Shown piece after piece: positions 8,631-20,620 of a stretch of DNA of 64,000 nt. Position 1 is the first letter of the stretch. Every line of letters begins with the position of its first letter. A model generated the notes under the pieces. It saw only the letters and a program-made list of their open reading frames with translations, did not search any database and was not told the DNA's origin. The translations under genes were made by a program, and so were the position numbers. Origin of the DNA: Minisyncoccota bacterium (lineage in GTDB: Bacteria > Patescibacteriota > Minisyncoccia > Phycocordibacterales > UBA6899); NCBI GenBank assembly GCA_035583355.1, contig DATEZQ010000011.1:19648-83647 (forward strand). Reading direction: 5' to 3'.

Positions 8631-9005
8631 TTAATCGACGAGCACGAATTCGCCCGCGAAGCATTCGTTGCCCGCGACGCGGCACGAGTCGAAGTAGAGG
8701 TAGGGCTTCCGGCCTTTCTCGATGGTAATGACCTGCTTGACGATGGGGAAGGCGCGACCATGCAGGTAGATGTACCTTGTATTGATCTCGAGGAAGGTTG
8801 CTCCGGATTTTTCATCTTGAACAGCACTAGTTATTTCCCCCTTTATCTTGATCGGGGGAATATCTTTCGCATTCTGCCCGGGTGGAGTGTGCGTCATGGC
8901 GGCAAAGAGAAACTTTTTGCCTACCCATGTCATGTAGTCTTTGGTGTCCATAAGACCCCCGTTTTGTGTCTTTGACCACTCTAAACTATTCTTTACATTC
9001 GTCAA
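8631..9005 (-). CDS. Hypothetical protein
   Basis: 124-aa ORF ending DSCRVAGNECFAGEFVLVD. No family recognised. Confidence 0.45.
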   Translation of the reverse strand: MTNVKNSLEWSKTQNGGLMDTKDYMTWVGKKFLFAAMTHTPPGQNAKDIPPIKIKGEITSAVQDEKSGATFLEINTRYIYLHGRAFPIVKQVITIEKGRKPYLYFDSCRVAGNECFAGEFVLVD

Positions 9006-9091
9006 GTGTTATGGTGCAAAAATAATGTAATTTTGTGGCCTCATTAAGCCACAGATTTAGTTTCGTTGTCCCCATTTTTACATTGTGGTGA

Positions 9092-11220
<2,129 letters not shown>

Positions 11221-11221
<1 letters not shown>

Positions 11222-11252
11222 AAAAAGAAGAAGCTTTGCTTCTTCTTTTTTT
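11221..11252 (+). terminator. Rho-independent terminator after gyrB
   Basis: aaaaaagaagaagc-tttg-cttcttcttttttt. Confidence 0.7.
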
Positions 11253-11650
11253 ATGCATCAATATTTGCTTACTTTGTGCTGATGATTACAGCGTCGGTCT
11301 TTTTGTCGGGATTATGCTCTTTTCATTCCGCTTCGCGCTCAATGTATTTTTATACACCTCGCTTGCGATGCTCATTCCAAAGAGCATGCTGCCGACAAAA
11401 ATCCTCGACGTTTCATTGAGTGAAAATATATTTTCCGAAAAAACTAAGTACATTTTTTGTTTTCTCTGGTGACTACTCGAAATAAAATTTGTGAAAAATT
11501 TAAGAGAGAAATTTCAAATCATAAGTTGGAAAAGTTGCAAGGGTTATATTAAAAAATGCAGATGGGAATGAGGGTGATCGGGGAGAAGGAAAAGAAGGAA
11601 AGAGTTAATACAAAAATCGTAATAAAACAAAATATCAAGTACGTCAAGTG

Positions 11651-11847
11651 TGTGGAGTACATTACTAACGTCAGTGATAGAAATGGCCGTTAAGCCATCT
11701 TTTTTGTTAGTGGGGAATACAAGGGGTTTCGGGGAAAAACTGTGGATAACTTTTGCATTTGCAAATGAATAACATGTGGATAAGAAACAAAATAGCGCTC
11801 TGTTCCGCGGTAAAATATAGATATAACACTTGCAGGAGTTATCCACA
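11651..11847. promoter_or_regulatory. DnaA-box cluster in an AT-rich 690-bp intergenic region (candidate oriC or DnaA-regulated promoter)
   Basis: Perfect TTATCCACA boxes at 11741-11749 (rc), 11776-11784 (rc) and 11839-11847. One imperfect box tgtggagta at 11651-11659. A 12-bp perfect palindrome catttgcaaatg at 11756-11767 lies between boxes 1 and 2. A very AT-rich stretch at 11441-11560 could act as a DUE. Confidence 0.5.
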
Positions 11848-12120
11848 CCCACTTGCAACTCGTTATGGAATACACATGGAGGAGTGGCTGCTCCTTTGTG
11901 TAAAATTTAATGAAGCACGAACCGGAAAACAGTGTTGTGCATCTTCCTCGGAGTGGCATAAAACCGCCACCAACAAGGATTATGCAACATGTCTCCTCAC
12001 CGAATGCGAGTGGGGCTGTTCTGCTATCTCAGAGGAAAGCTACTGTATCTGTTGCAGTTCCTCGCACTGCAAACATCCCTGTTTCGCTGCGACCTGCTGA
12101 TTTGACGCTCCAGAGTTTTT

Positions 12121-12165
12121 CTGTTACGCGCGCGCGTACGCACGCGCACGCACACGCGCGAAAAG
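12121..12165. repeat. (CG/CA)n alternating purine-pyrimidine tract
   Basis: ctgttacgcgcgcgcgtacgcacgcgcacgcacacgcgcg. Potential Z-DNA and slipped-strand tract just upstream of the probable start of the secreted-protein gene. Confidence 0.7.
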
Positions 12166-12176
12166 ATGAAGGGGCA

Positions 12177-13877
12177 TTGAGGAGGGTACTTGATGCTGCG
12201 CTTACTGGTGGTGATGTTCGCATTGCTGCGCTCAAGCCTTCGTCTACGCTTACGCGTTTCTTTGCTTGGCTTCTCATTCCTGCGATGCTCATCACTCCAC
12301 TTGTTCCTGCGTACGCGAATGAGGCGCCGCTTGCAGACCGTGTTGCAAGTGATGTTGCTGCAATCGTTGCTGATTCAGCAATCGCAGAAAGTGTTACTGA
12401 GCCTGCTGGGGCTGTTGCTGCTGTCGCTGAGGTCGCTGAAGCAGATGCGCCAAGTGCGACTACTGGCGAAGTGCAAGTTGATACTCCTCCATCTATCCCA
12501 GGTAATGAAACTCCCCTAAGCGAAGAAACAACTGGCGAGAGTTCGGGGACTTCTGGTGACGTAGTCTCTCCTTCAACTCCTGACACCCCGGCAACTGGGG
12601 AAGTGGTGACTGTTGGAGAAGATCAGGTGCCTTCTTCGGGTGGCGCAAGTGCAGATGCTGGTGCGCCTGCTGCTACAAACACGCCGAGCGAAGTTATACC
12701 CGCAGATAGCGATTCGTCAGTAAACACGCCGAGTGAAGTAATCGTTTCGGATAATGATTCTTCTGCAACAACTTCGACGACAACGATTCCTGTGGATGAT
12801 TCTACGCAGACTGATTCGATGGCTTCGACCACTGAGGATGGGGTTACGCCGATCTTTGACATTGCACCTGATGAGGTGATGAGCAATGTTGATGCTATTC
12901 GTGCACGCTTGCGCAATGAAATGCGCGGACAGCTTCGTGATGAGGTTCGTAATGAGGTGAAGCAGGAGGTGCGACGTGAAGTTGAGGAAGAGGTCTATCG
13001 CGGATGTAAAAATCTTGATGGTACTGGCTACTACTGTATTCCTGATGCGAAGAGTTTTGGATCACCGGTTATTGAGAATGAGCGATCGATCGAAGTTGTC
13101 GTGCAGCCTGATCCGATTACTGGAAATAAACAGATCTTCTTGGTGCGCGGAGCTAGTACGATACAGCTCACGCATGGAACAGATGATAATGTTTTCCCTG
13201 TACTTGATCCACTTTCAGATACGCTTGTATGGCAGTCACTGCAAAGTGGTCGTTGGCAAGTTGCCTTTGCACACTTGAGTGATGTTGGTGTGCCGAAGGT
13301 GCAGTATCTCACGAGTGGTGAAAATAATTTTAATCCAAAGATTTATGCGGGCCGCATTGTATGGCAAGCATGGGTTGATGGTAACTGGGAGATATTCACT
13401 GCAATGCCGTCGAAAGATAAAATTCCTGATGAAGCACTTTCGGCTGAACATCGCGCCGCAGGTGTGGGTGGTGATTGGCAGGTGAAACGTATCACCGCAA
13501 ATAGCGCTCCCGACATGTTCCCAACTATTACGGGCGAGACAATCACGTGGCAGGCAGTCGATGGTGGTGTCTGGCAGGTCTTTGCCTATGACATCGCAAC
13601 GAGTGTTGCGCATCGTGTTTCGAAGCCAGGAGTGAAGAGTGATTCACCGAAGGTTGCGCTTGTTTGGAATGAAGAAGATGCAAATGGTCAGATGCGCATG
13701 GTGGGTACGAGTGTCGATGGCTCTGAGTCATTCGATTTCACTGCACTTGCAAGACGTATCGTTGATAATACTAAGGGAGAACCAAAATCTCCTGTTTCGA
13801 ATACGGAAATCGTTGTGGTTACTCCAGTTGCAGTACGCACGGAGTCTGAGGCTTCATCGACACCTCCCGTGAACTAA
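12177..13877 (+). CDS. Secreted protein: signal peptide, acidic Ser/Thr/Asp-rich linker, TolB/PD40-like beta-propeller repeats
   Basis: Signal peptide FFAWLLIPAMLITPLVPAYA|NE. Low-complexity linker. Repeated W-Q motifs (TLVWQSLQSGRWQVAF, GRIVWQAWVDGNWEIFTA, TITWQAVDGGVWQVFAYD) typical of PD40 propeller blades. The ORF-track start at 11910 would put 90 aa ahead of the signal peptide, so I propose the TTG at 12177. The start is uncertain. Confidence 0.5.
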   Translation: MRRVLDAALTGGDVRIAALKPSSTLTRFFAWLLIPAMLITPLVPAYANEAPLADRVASDVAAIVADSAIAESVTEPAGAVAAVAEVAEADAPSATTGEVQVDTPPSIPGNETPLSEETTGESSGTSGDVVSPSTPDTPATGEVVTVGEDQVPSSGGASADAGAPAATNTPSEVIPADSDSSVNTPSEVIVSDNDSSATTSTTTIPVDDSTQTDSMASTTEDGVTPIFDIAPDEVMSNVDAIRARLRNEMRGQLRDEVRNEVKQEVRREVEEEVYRGCKNLDGTGYYCIPDAKSFGSPVIENERSIEVVVQPDPITGNKQIFLVRGASTIQLTHGTDDNVFPVLDPLSDTLVWQSLQSGRWQVAFAHLSDVGVPKVQYLTSGENNFNPKIYAGRIVWQAWVDGNWEIFTAMPSKDKIPDEALSAEHRAAGVGGDWQVKRITANSAPDMFPTITGETITWQAVDGGVWQVFAYDIATSVAHRVSKPGVKSDSPKVALVWNEEDANGQMRMVGTSVDGSESFDFTALARRIVDNTKGEPKSPVSNTEIVVVTPVAVRTESEASSTPPVN

Positions 13878-13879
13878 AC

Positions 13880-16800
13880 ATGATAAGAAATAACGCCTAC
13901 AATCTTTTCGAAAAGACATGCACAATGATGCTCATCATGGCGTTGTTTTTGGTCAGCAGTGGTGGTCCAGAAAGCATGCGGTTTTTTGTTCATCCACTGG
14001 GAGTAAAATCGGCTGAAGCGGCGCAGACGAGCTATGGCAAGGAGTTGCGTACTGCCGAGTTTGTGCTTGGTGGTGGAAGTGATAATGCGTTGCGCGCGAG
14101 TGGAGTTATAGGGTATGCGGGGGCGAGCACCTGGGCAACTACAAAGCCCGCACTGCTTACTGGTGGTGATGTGGTAAAACTTTTGGGTACGGGAATTTCT
14201 GTCATCAACGCACAGCTTGATGTGTCATATGAATTTCCATCCGCGGCTGCCGCGACAGTTTCTGAGAATAAGATTTATCTTGACGTTGAAGGTGCTGCAA
14301 CGCAGGGGAGTAACACTCCTGTCAATGAAGCGAATGGCGCATCTCCACTTGCGGTTATGGCTGGAGGAACAGGATACCTACGTACAATACATGATGTAAC
14401 CAGTTTTTTTGATCGACAGTCTGACGCTACTTGGAATAGTGGTGTGCACGTGATAGCTGCGGTTGCTCCGACGCTTACTGCTGGTAATCGTGCGCTCACG
14501 ACTGCAAAGCTGCTTGTTACGTATGAGGTTGATATCGATCCGGCGATTACACAGCTCGTGAAGACAGTGCGTATTCCGCTTGCATCGAGTGGGGTTGCAG
14601 GAAATACAGGCTCTCGCACTACGGTTTGTGCAGCAGGGGCGACATGTCCTTTCACTTTTGATACTACAGTTATTCGTGATCTTGCTGCTGATGCAGATAT
14701 TCTTGATGCGCATATTGAATTTTTTGCGCAACAAGCAAGTAATGTAAATTCAACATACAGACTTCAGTTCGCAGGCGGCACTGCATCGCCGCTCTATGCT
14801 TGGAATGAGGCAGTTGCAGATACACACAATACACGTGTGCTTTGGGGAGCATTGCCGATCGGCGGGGCGAATCTGCGTGCGCAAACTGCACACACATTGA
14901 ATCTCGTGAACACTGCGGGTGGCGCGCCGCTTTATGCAACGGGTGGTGAGGTAGTGATTACCTATGTATTCAATCCGACTGCTGCAACACAAACAGAGAC
15001 GATTCGTTACTTTGTTGATCAGGAAACAGCATCACCTGGATCGGGAGTGAATGCTGCTATTGCGGGAACGAATGTGGTCATTGCAAATGATGCTCCTGTT
15101 GTGGAAAAGGCATGGTATCGTATGCAGCTTGCCCCAGTGTTCGCTGCGGCAACAACGATGACCGTCACCCATAGTGTGGGTGGGGTAAATGGTACTGCAC
15201 AAGTGTACCAGTTTCCTGCTCCTTCAACAGCGCGAAGAGCTGCAAACACACCCGTGGTGATTCATAGCCTTACTCCCGAAACGCTTTCATTCTCCGCGTC
15301 TACTCCAGTCGGTGGGACGTTTCGCTTTAGCGCAGCGGGTGGATCTCCTGTCGCTATCGAGGTAGTGACGACATTTTCTTGGAGTTATTCAATTTCGAGT
15401 AGTCAGACGAAGACTGCATTGTTTGGTGCATCACTCCCATCGATTGGCCGAAATGTTGGAACTGTCGATAAGGTGCGTCATACGATGCTGTATCTTCCTG
15501 AACGTGCAGCAAAAACATTTGAAGATGGATTTCTTGAGGCGCACTATACACATCATGATGCGTCAGCAATTTCAATTTCAAGTGGTATTCATATAGGTTT
15601 TGGGACTTCGACGACTGCAAATGCCTTGACTGTGACAGAGCTAGGCGGAACAGGGGGAACATATTCATATAGCGCTCGGTTGTATGCGAAGTTTACTTCT
15701 TCAGCTATTGGGTCATCAGTAAATTTGACCAAGCAACGTTATCCGTTTGCGGTTGAAGAGAGCGTTGATGTTGCTGCTGACTTCACCTACTTCGCGAACA
15801 CTGTTGTACTTACTTATACGGTTGCGGCACCACTTGCATATAGTCCACATCCAAAACAGTTGCGTACTGCTGAGTTTTTACTTGGTGGGGGATCTGAACA
15901 GGCGACGCGCGCAACGGGAGTGTATTCGTATGCAGGTGCATCTTGGAATACAACAAAACCTGCAGGAGAATTGATTAAGTTGCTTGGAGATGATGCGGAG
16001 GTCGTGAGTGCGTACGTGGATTTATCTTTCTCTACTACGAACATTGTGGCAGTCACCGGACTCACTGTATTGGGGGATATTACGGGTTCTATAGATAGCG
16101 ATGCAACAAACGTTACGCTTTATACTGCACCGATGAATCAAATTGTGGGTGGAGGAAGTACGGTAACGGGTTATTACCATGCTCAGATTGATGCAACAAG
16201 AATGTTTATTGGACAGTCGAGTGCATCGCTCAATGCGGGAGTGAATTTTGGGATTGGTGTTGCTGCGACAGGTCCAACTCGTGCACTCACTTCTGCAAAA
16301 CTTGTGGTGACCTATGAGAGCACGTACTCACTCAATCCAATGGTAGGAACGAAGACCGTACGTTTCCCACTCGATTCGACAACAGGAACAGATGTCGGCT
16401 CCAAGACTACAACATGCACCACCACAGCTTGCGGATTTACCTATAACGCCGCAATTGGAGATTTGCTCAACAGTGATACTGCGAATATTCTTTCGGTGCA
16501 TGCAGAGATTTCTGCACTTGCGAACTCGGCGGGTGCGGCAGCAGCACGTGCATATACAATTACTATTGCACATTCTCCTGGTTCAAGTGCAACATATAAT
16601 CCCGTTGAGACCGCACTGGACTCAACAGGCCTTCGTCTTATGTGGGGGATGCCTATCGGGGGAAATGACTTTGTAGTGAATACTCCAAGAACGCTTAATA
16701 TCGGTGCGAACACGACAAATGTTCCCCTTGCGCATCTTGGTGGAGAGATCGTCGTGACTTATGCATATTCAAGTCGCTCGACAAATCAATCGGAGACACT

Positions 16801-19249
16801 CGTGTATCCACTTGGGCAACTTGCCGTTGCTCCAGCAGTGGGTGCAACAACAACGATAGGTACTTTTACTCCCGTACTTCCCATGCAGGATGCACAAGTG
16901 CAGCAGATGTGGCTCCGAGTGCGCTATTCACCGCATAGTTCACTTTCTGCAATTATTGAGGGAAGTGTCGGTGCGTCATTACTTGGACGCACTTATGCAG
17001 CAGGGACAATGACTAATCGTGGAGGTGGTGAAACTTATATTCTCCATGATATGACTTCATTGATAGGAGCATATGCCACTTCAGGGACTGCAATTGGTGC
17101 AAAGATAAAATTCGTGACCGCAGCAGTTCCCGCAACTGCAGAATTATTTATCACATATGTTTGGGACGGGAGTCATGGTGGTACGCAAGCGCGTAGCGTT
17201 TCATATGTAGCGCCACAGCAATATGCTCCAAGCACGGCTGTTGCGTCAACAACATATCCTTTTGCAATTGATTTTGCGCGTGATGTGGGGAAGATATTCC
17301 GAGCTGCTCAGCTTGAAACATTTATTGCTCATGGAAACAGTACCACCATTACACGTGGAGGAATTGAAACATCGCTAAACGGAGTTACTACAACACTGAC
17401 CGAAGCAGGCGCAGCAACCTCGTATCCATATAATACCGTGATGGTTGATGGATTTACTGCAACCGATTTGTGGGGTAGCGCGAGCATGCCGAGTAGTACG
17501 GTTGCACTGCAAGTTCGAAATGCGAAGACCACCACAGTGAATTATCTGAACTTTAGTAACGTGCTCACGGTTACTTACGAGGAAATGCAAGCGGTACGAA
17601 GGGCAACATTTATTCAGGCGGGTTTCCGTATATATGCGGACAATGGAGCACTTACGCCTCTTGATTCTTGGTACCCGGGGTATCCGAATCAAATCGGAGA
17701 TGATCAGGAGATGACCGTAGCTAATAGACCGGTCAGAAAGAGTGACAGTGTACGTTTGCGTATCGCACTTGCCGTGAGTACCTCGACAATGCCTATAGAT
17801 GATCGCGCATTTCAATTGCAGTCCGCATTGAAGCCGATTGGTACATCTTGTAGTGCGATTGCGCCTGCATCATGGACTGCGGTAAGTAGTACGGGAGACT
17901 GGTCGGGATACAACAATACAGGTCTTGCAGCGTCAGCGATTATACCGACTCCACTTGTTGCGGTGAGTATTGGACATGTTCCACAACTCTATTCCGAAGA
18001 TGGAATAACGGGCACAAATCCAAATGCTGCGAATGTTAGCGAGACAGGAGATGTCATTGAGTATGATTGGGCATTAAAACGCAATAATGCAGTTAAAGAT
18101 GCTGACTATTGTTTCCGTGTCACTGAAAGTGATGGTACTCCAATTTTTGGATATGACTTCTACCCAGTTATGCGTACTGCGGGGTATACACCAGAAATCG
18201 CGTCTTGGCGTTGGGTGGACAACTATGCAAATGAAGCAGGTTGGCAGTCGTTGCTCGGTGCTGGATTGAATATTGCACCATCGGGGCTTCCAAATAGAAC
18301 TATTATAAAGCTACGTGTTGCTTTGCAGGATGTTGCGAATGAATCCGGAAGTAATGAGCGTTACGCAGTGCAGTGGTCTGAAGATCCAACATTTACAACA
18401 GGGGTATTCTTTGCAGACTTAGAAGGGAATTGTGTTGCAACAAGTACGTTTTGCTATGCAATAGGAATTGGTGCTGATGATACGAGCCTCAGTGTACAGA
18501 CCATAGGTGGTACGGTGCTCGGGAGGCATAATGAAGCAACGAGTTCTTCAACATTCTCTCCTGCAGCAAATAGTCTGACTGAGATGGAATATACACTGAC
18601 TTCACAAAGGCAGCGTACTGGACAGGCATATTACTTCAGGCTTTTTGACGTGAATAGGGGAATACCGTTACTCAAGAGCGCCTCTGTATACCCATCACTT
18701 ACTGCTGAGGGTGCGACGGTCAATGGTCTTGTTAGTGGTGTAAATGCTGGTGTTACTATAGATGGCTTAGTAACAACAGGCACGACAACTGCAACAACTA
18801 CTCCATTCGGAATGTTGACGATGGATACAATTGCAATACTTGCGCACCGCATCAGTATCTCCACAAATGCGATGATGGGTTATCAGGTGAATATGCAAGC
18901 AGAGGGTGATCTTAAGAATTTGTACGGTGAGATCGTTCCGTCAATTGCGGGCGCTCCTAATGCAGCACCGGTCAGTTGGAGTGTTGGTTGTCCAGCGCTG
19001 AGCGTAGGATGTATTGGCTACCATACTTCTGATCATACATTGAGTCCTGACGGTGTACCTGATCGTTTCGCTGCGAGCGATACGTGGGCAGAATTCGCGA
19101 CTTCAACGCCTTCAGAGGTTGGCTATTCTGATCTACCAACTGTAGGGACGGAGCAGTTCGATGTTGTGTATAAAATCGAACCCCATGCAGCTACTCCTCC
19201 AGGGTCTTATCGTACAAATATTTTGTATATAATTACCCCTGTCTATTAA
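13880..19249 (+). CDS. Giant (1789 aa) secreted/surface protein with an internal ~600-aa tandem duplication
   Basis: ATG 2 nt after the upstream stop, suggesting translational coupling. N-terminal hydrophobic segment. Repeat unit KELRTAEFVLGGGSDNALRASGVIGYAGASTW...KLLVTYEVDIDP recurs as KQLRTAEFLLGGGSEQATRATGVYSYAGASWN...KLVVTYESTYSLNP. Thr/Ala/Gly/Val-rich, very few charged residues. Confidence 0.6.
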   Translation: MIRNNAYNLFEKTCTMMLIMALFLVSSGGPESMRFFVHPLGVKSAEAAQTSYGKELRTAEFVLGGGSDNALRASGVIGYAGASTWATTKPALLTGGDVVKLLGTGISVINAQLDVSYEFPSAAAATVSENKIYLDVEGAATQGSNTPVNEANGASPLAVMAGGTGYLRTIHDVTSFFDRQSDATWNSGVHVIAAVAPTLTAGNRALTTAKLLVTYEVDIDPAITQLVKTVRIPLASSGVAGNTGSRTTVCAAGATCPFTFDTTVIRDLAADADILDAHIEFFAQQASNVNSTYRLQFAGGTASPLYAWNEAVADTHNTRVLWGALPIGGANLRAQTAHTLNLVNTAGGAPLYATGGEVVITYVFNPTAATQTETIRYFVDQETASPGSGVNAAIAGTNVVIANDAPVVEKAWYRMQLAPVFAAATTMTVTHSVGGVNGTAQVYQFPAPSTARRAANTPVVIHSLTPETLSFSASTPVGGTFRFSAAGGSPVAIEVVTTFSWSYSISSSQTKTALFGASLPSIGRNVGTVDKVRHTMLYLPERAAKTFEDGFLEAHYTHHDASAISISSGIHIGFGTSTTANALTVTELGGTGGTYSYSARLYAKFTSSAIGSSVNLTKQRYPFAVEESVDVAADFTYFANTVVLTYTVAAPLAYSPHPKQLRTAEFLLGGGSEQATRATGVYSYAGASWNTTKPAGELIKLLGDDAEVVSAYVDLSFSTTNIVAVTGLTVLGDITGSIDSDATNVTLYTAPMNQIVGGGSTVTGYYHAQIDATRMFIGQSSASLNAGVNFGIGVAATGPTRALTSAKLVVTYESTYSLNPMVGTKTVRFPLDSTTGTDVGSKTTTCTTTACGFTYNAAIGDLLNSDTANILSVHAEISALANSAGAAAARAYTITIAHSPGSSATYNPVETALDSTGLRLMWGMPIGGNDFVVNTPRTLNIGANTTNVPLAHLGGEIVVTYAYSSRSTNQSETLVYPLGQLAVAPAVGATTTIGTFTPVLPMQDAQVQQMWLRVRYSPHSSLSAIIEGSVGASLLGRTYAAGTMTNRGGGETYILHDMTSLIGAYATSGTAIGAKIKFVTAAVPATAELFITYVWDGSHGGTQARSVSYVAPQQYAPSTAVASTTYPFAIDFARDVGKIFRAAQLETFIAHGNSTTITRGGIETSLNGVTTTLTEAGAATSYPYNTVMVDGFTATDLWGSASMPSSTVALQVRNAKTTTVNYLNFSNVLTVTYEEMQAVRRATFIQAGFRIYADNGALTPLDSWYPGYPNQIGDDQEMTVANRPVRKSDSVRLRIALAVSTSTMPIDDRAFQLQSALKPIGTSCSAIAPASWTAVSSTGDWSGYNNTGLAASAIIPTPLVAVSIGHVPQLYSEDGITGTNPNAANVSETGDVIEYDWALKRNNAVKDADYCFRVTESDGTPIFGYDFYPVMRTAGYTPEIASWRWVDNYANEAGWQSLLGAGLNIAPSGLPNRTIIKLRVALQDVANESGSNERYAVQWSEDPTFTTGVFFADLEGNCVATSTFCYAIGIGADDTSLSVQTIGGTVLGRHNEATSSSTFSPAANSLTEMEYTLTSQRQRTGQAYYFRLFDVNRGIPLLKSASVYPSLTAEGATVNGLVSGVNAGVTIDGLVTTGTTTATTTPFGMLTMDTIAILAHRISISTNAMMGYQVNMQAEGDLKNLYGEIVPSIAGAPNAAPVSWSVGCPALSVGCIGYHTSDHTLSPDGVPDRFAASDTWAEFATSTPSEVGYSDLPTVGTEQFDVVYKIEPHAATPPGSYRTNILYIITPVY

Positions 19250-19298
19250 TAGAGTAGAGAGAGCGAAAAACGGGGTATAAAAGTTCAAAAATGAAGAA

Positions 19299-19330
19299 AG
19301 AAGCATGACGAATGCCATGCTTCTTTTTTG
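19299..19330 (+). terminator. Rho-independent terminator after the giant gene
   Basis: gaagcatg...catgcttc hairpin followed by a T6 run. Confidence 0.5.
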
Positions 19331-19424
19331 ATTTCTTAGTCATGGTGGGCAGGCAATAAAATATGAGCGCAATTTCTGTGGAAAAGTAAAAAATATCCAG
19401 TATTTTCAGTGTATAATATAAGTA

Positions 19425-20615
19425 GTGAACACACATTCGCACAAAGCGACGCAGCAACTCTTCGCCCTGTTTTTTGGGTTTTTGATGCTGCCGATTTTCG
19501 CTTTTGCAGCCTCCTTTGAAGTGACTCCAAAGGTTATTGATGTGAAAGGAAAAGTACGCGAGATCAGCCATCATAATTTGACGCTGAAAGCGACTGGCGC
19601 AGGCGTCTCTACACTGTATGTTTGGGTTGTTGATGTTGATCAGGTGAAGGGTGATCTCGCAAAGAGTGATATGAGTGGCATCAATGCAAACTCACTTGAC
19701 GCAAGCCCCTCACGCTGGATCGAAATACCCCGTTCAATCAACTTGCTTCCTAAGGAAGAACAGACGGTACCATTTCAAATGCAAATACCTGCGCGTGCAA
19801 GACCAGGCAATTATCATGTGGCGCTAAAATTCGCATCGGGTCAAACGCAATTTGATGCACAGAAGTGCGAAAGTTGTACTGAACAAGTATTGATGAATAT
19901 CGAAGTCACTGAAGATATTCGAGAGAAGTTACAACTGTTTTCATTTACTGCTGCGAAGAATATTTTTGTTCGACCGAGTGCTGAATTTAGTTTTGCAGTT
20001 GAGAATACAGGTAACCGTGCGCTTGTCCCTAATGGCAAGATACGAATTTTTGATAATACGGGAAAAGAAGTCGGGCTTGTTGATGTAAATGCAGACGGGA
20101 AACAAGTGGAACCAAAAGGCAAAGAGTTATTAGCTGCATCGTGGGCGGCAGGGGGACACTTCGGAAAATATAAAGCCATGCTTGATATGAGTTATGGTCA
20201 ACGTGGTACGATGCAAGACGTCGTATATTTCTGGGTTATTCCTTGGTCAAAGATGCTTGGTTTCGGTTTCACGCTCATTGTGCTCATGGTGCTCTTTATG
20301 TTATTTGCGCGTGGACGAGATCTTGCTCGCCCACAGTATGCATATGCAGAAGCAGTAGAACCTACACCTGCGCAAGAAGCAGAAAGTCAGGTTGAAGAAA
20401 ATGAAATACGCGAGGGCATGCTCAGTCGCATTGCGCGACGCTTTAGGAGGAATGGAAATCGACTCGAGGATGTCATTAACGAGAGCGAATTGAGCAGTCT
20501 CACTGAAGTTAATATCCCTGTGCGTACACGTACTGTTCCTCCTGCACACTATTCCGTGCAGCTCGAACAGAAGGTTCGCGTGGTTCCTGAGAATCATATC
20601 GTGCGCCTCCGCTAG
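19425..20615 (+). CDS. Cell-surface protein, signal peptide plus C-terminal TM anchor (paralog 1 of 3)
   Basis: Signal peptide LMLPIFAFAASFEV. W..IP....L.P...TVPF.MQIPARARPGNYHVALKF block. C-terminal TM GFGFTLIVLMVLFMLFARGR followed by a basic stretch. Architecture resembles the Firmicute DUF916/DUF3324 WxL-locus anchored proteins. That link is hypothesis only. Confidence 0.55.
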   Translation: MNTHSHKATQQLFALFFGFLMLPIFAFAASFEVTPKVIDVKGKVREISHHNLTLKATGAGVSTLYVWVVDVDQVKGDLAKSDMSGINANSLDASPSRWIEIPRSINLLPKEEQTVPFQMQIPARARPGNYHVALKFASGQTQFDAQKCESCTEQVLMNIEVTEDIREKLQLFSFTAAKNIFVRPSAEFSFAVENTGNRALVPNGKIRIFDNTGKEVGLVDVNADGKQVEPKGKELLAASWAAGGHFGKYKAMLDMSYGQRGTMQDVVYFWVIPWSKMLGFGFTLIVLMVLFMLFARGRDLARPQYAYAEAVEPTPAQEAESQVEENEIREGMLSRIARRFRRNGNRLEDVINESELSSLTEVNIPVRTRTVPPAHYSVQLEQKVRVVPENHIVRLR

Positions 20616-20620
20616 TCAAT

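Noticed and set aside
12190-12519. +1-frame ORF MMLRLLVVMFALLRSSLRLRL... overlapping the secreted-protein gene
   Set aside because: It is extremely Leu/Arg-rich from reading CTG/CGC codons out of frame. The main frame has a clean signal peptide and a propeller repeat pattern.
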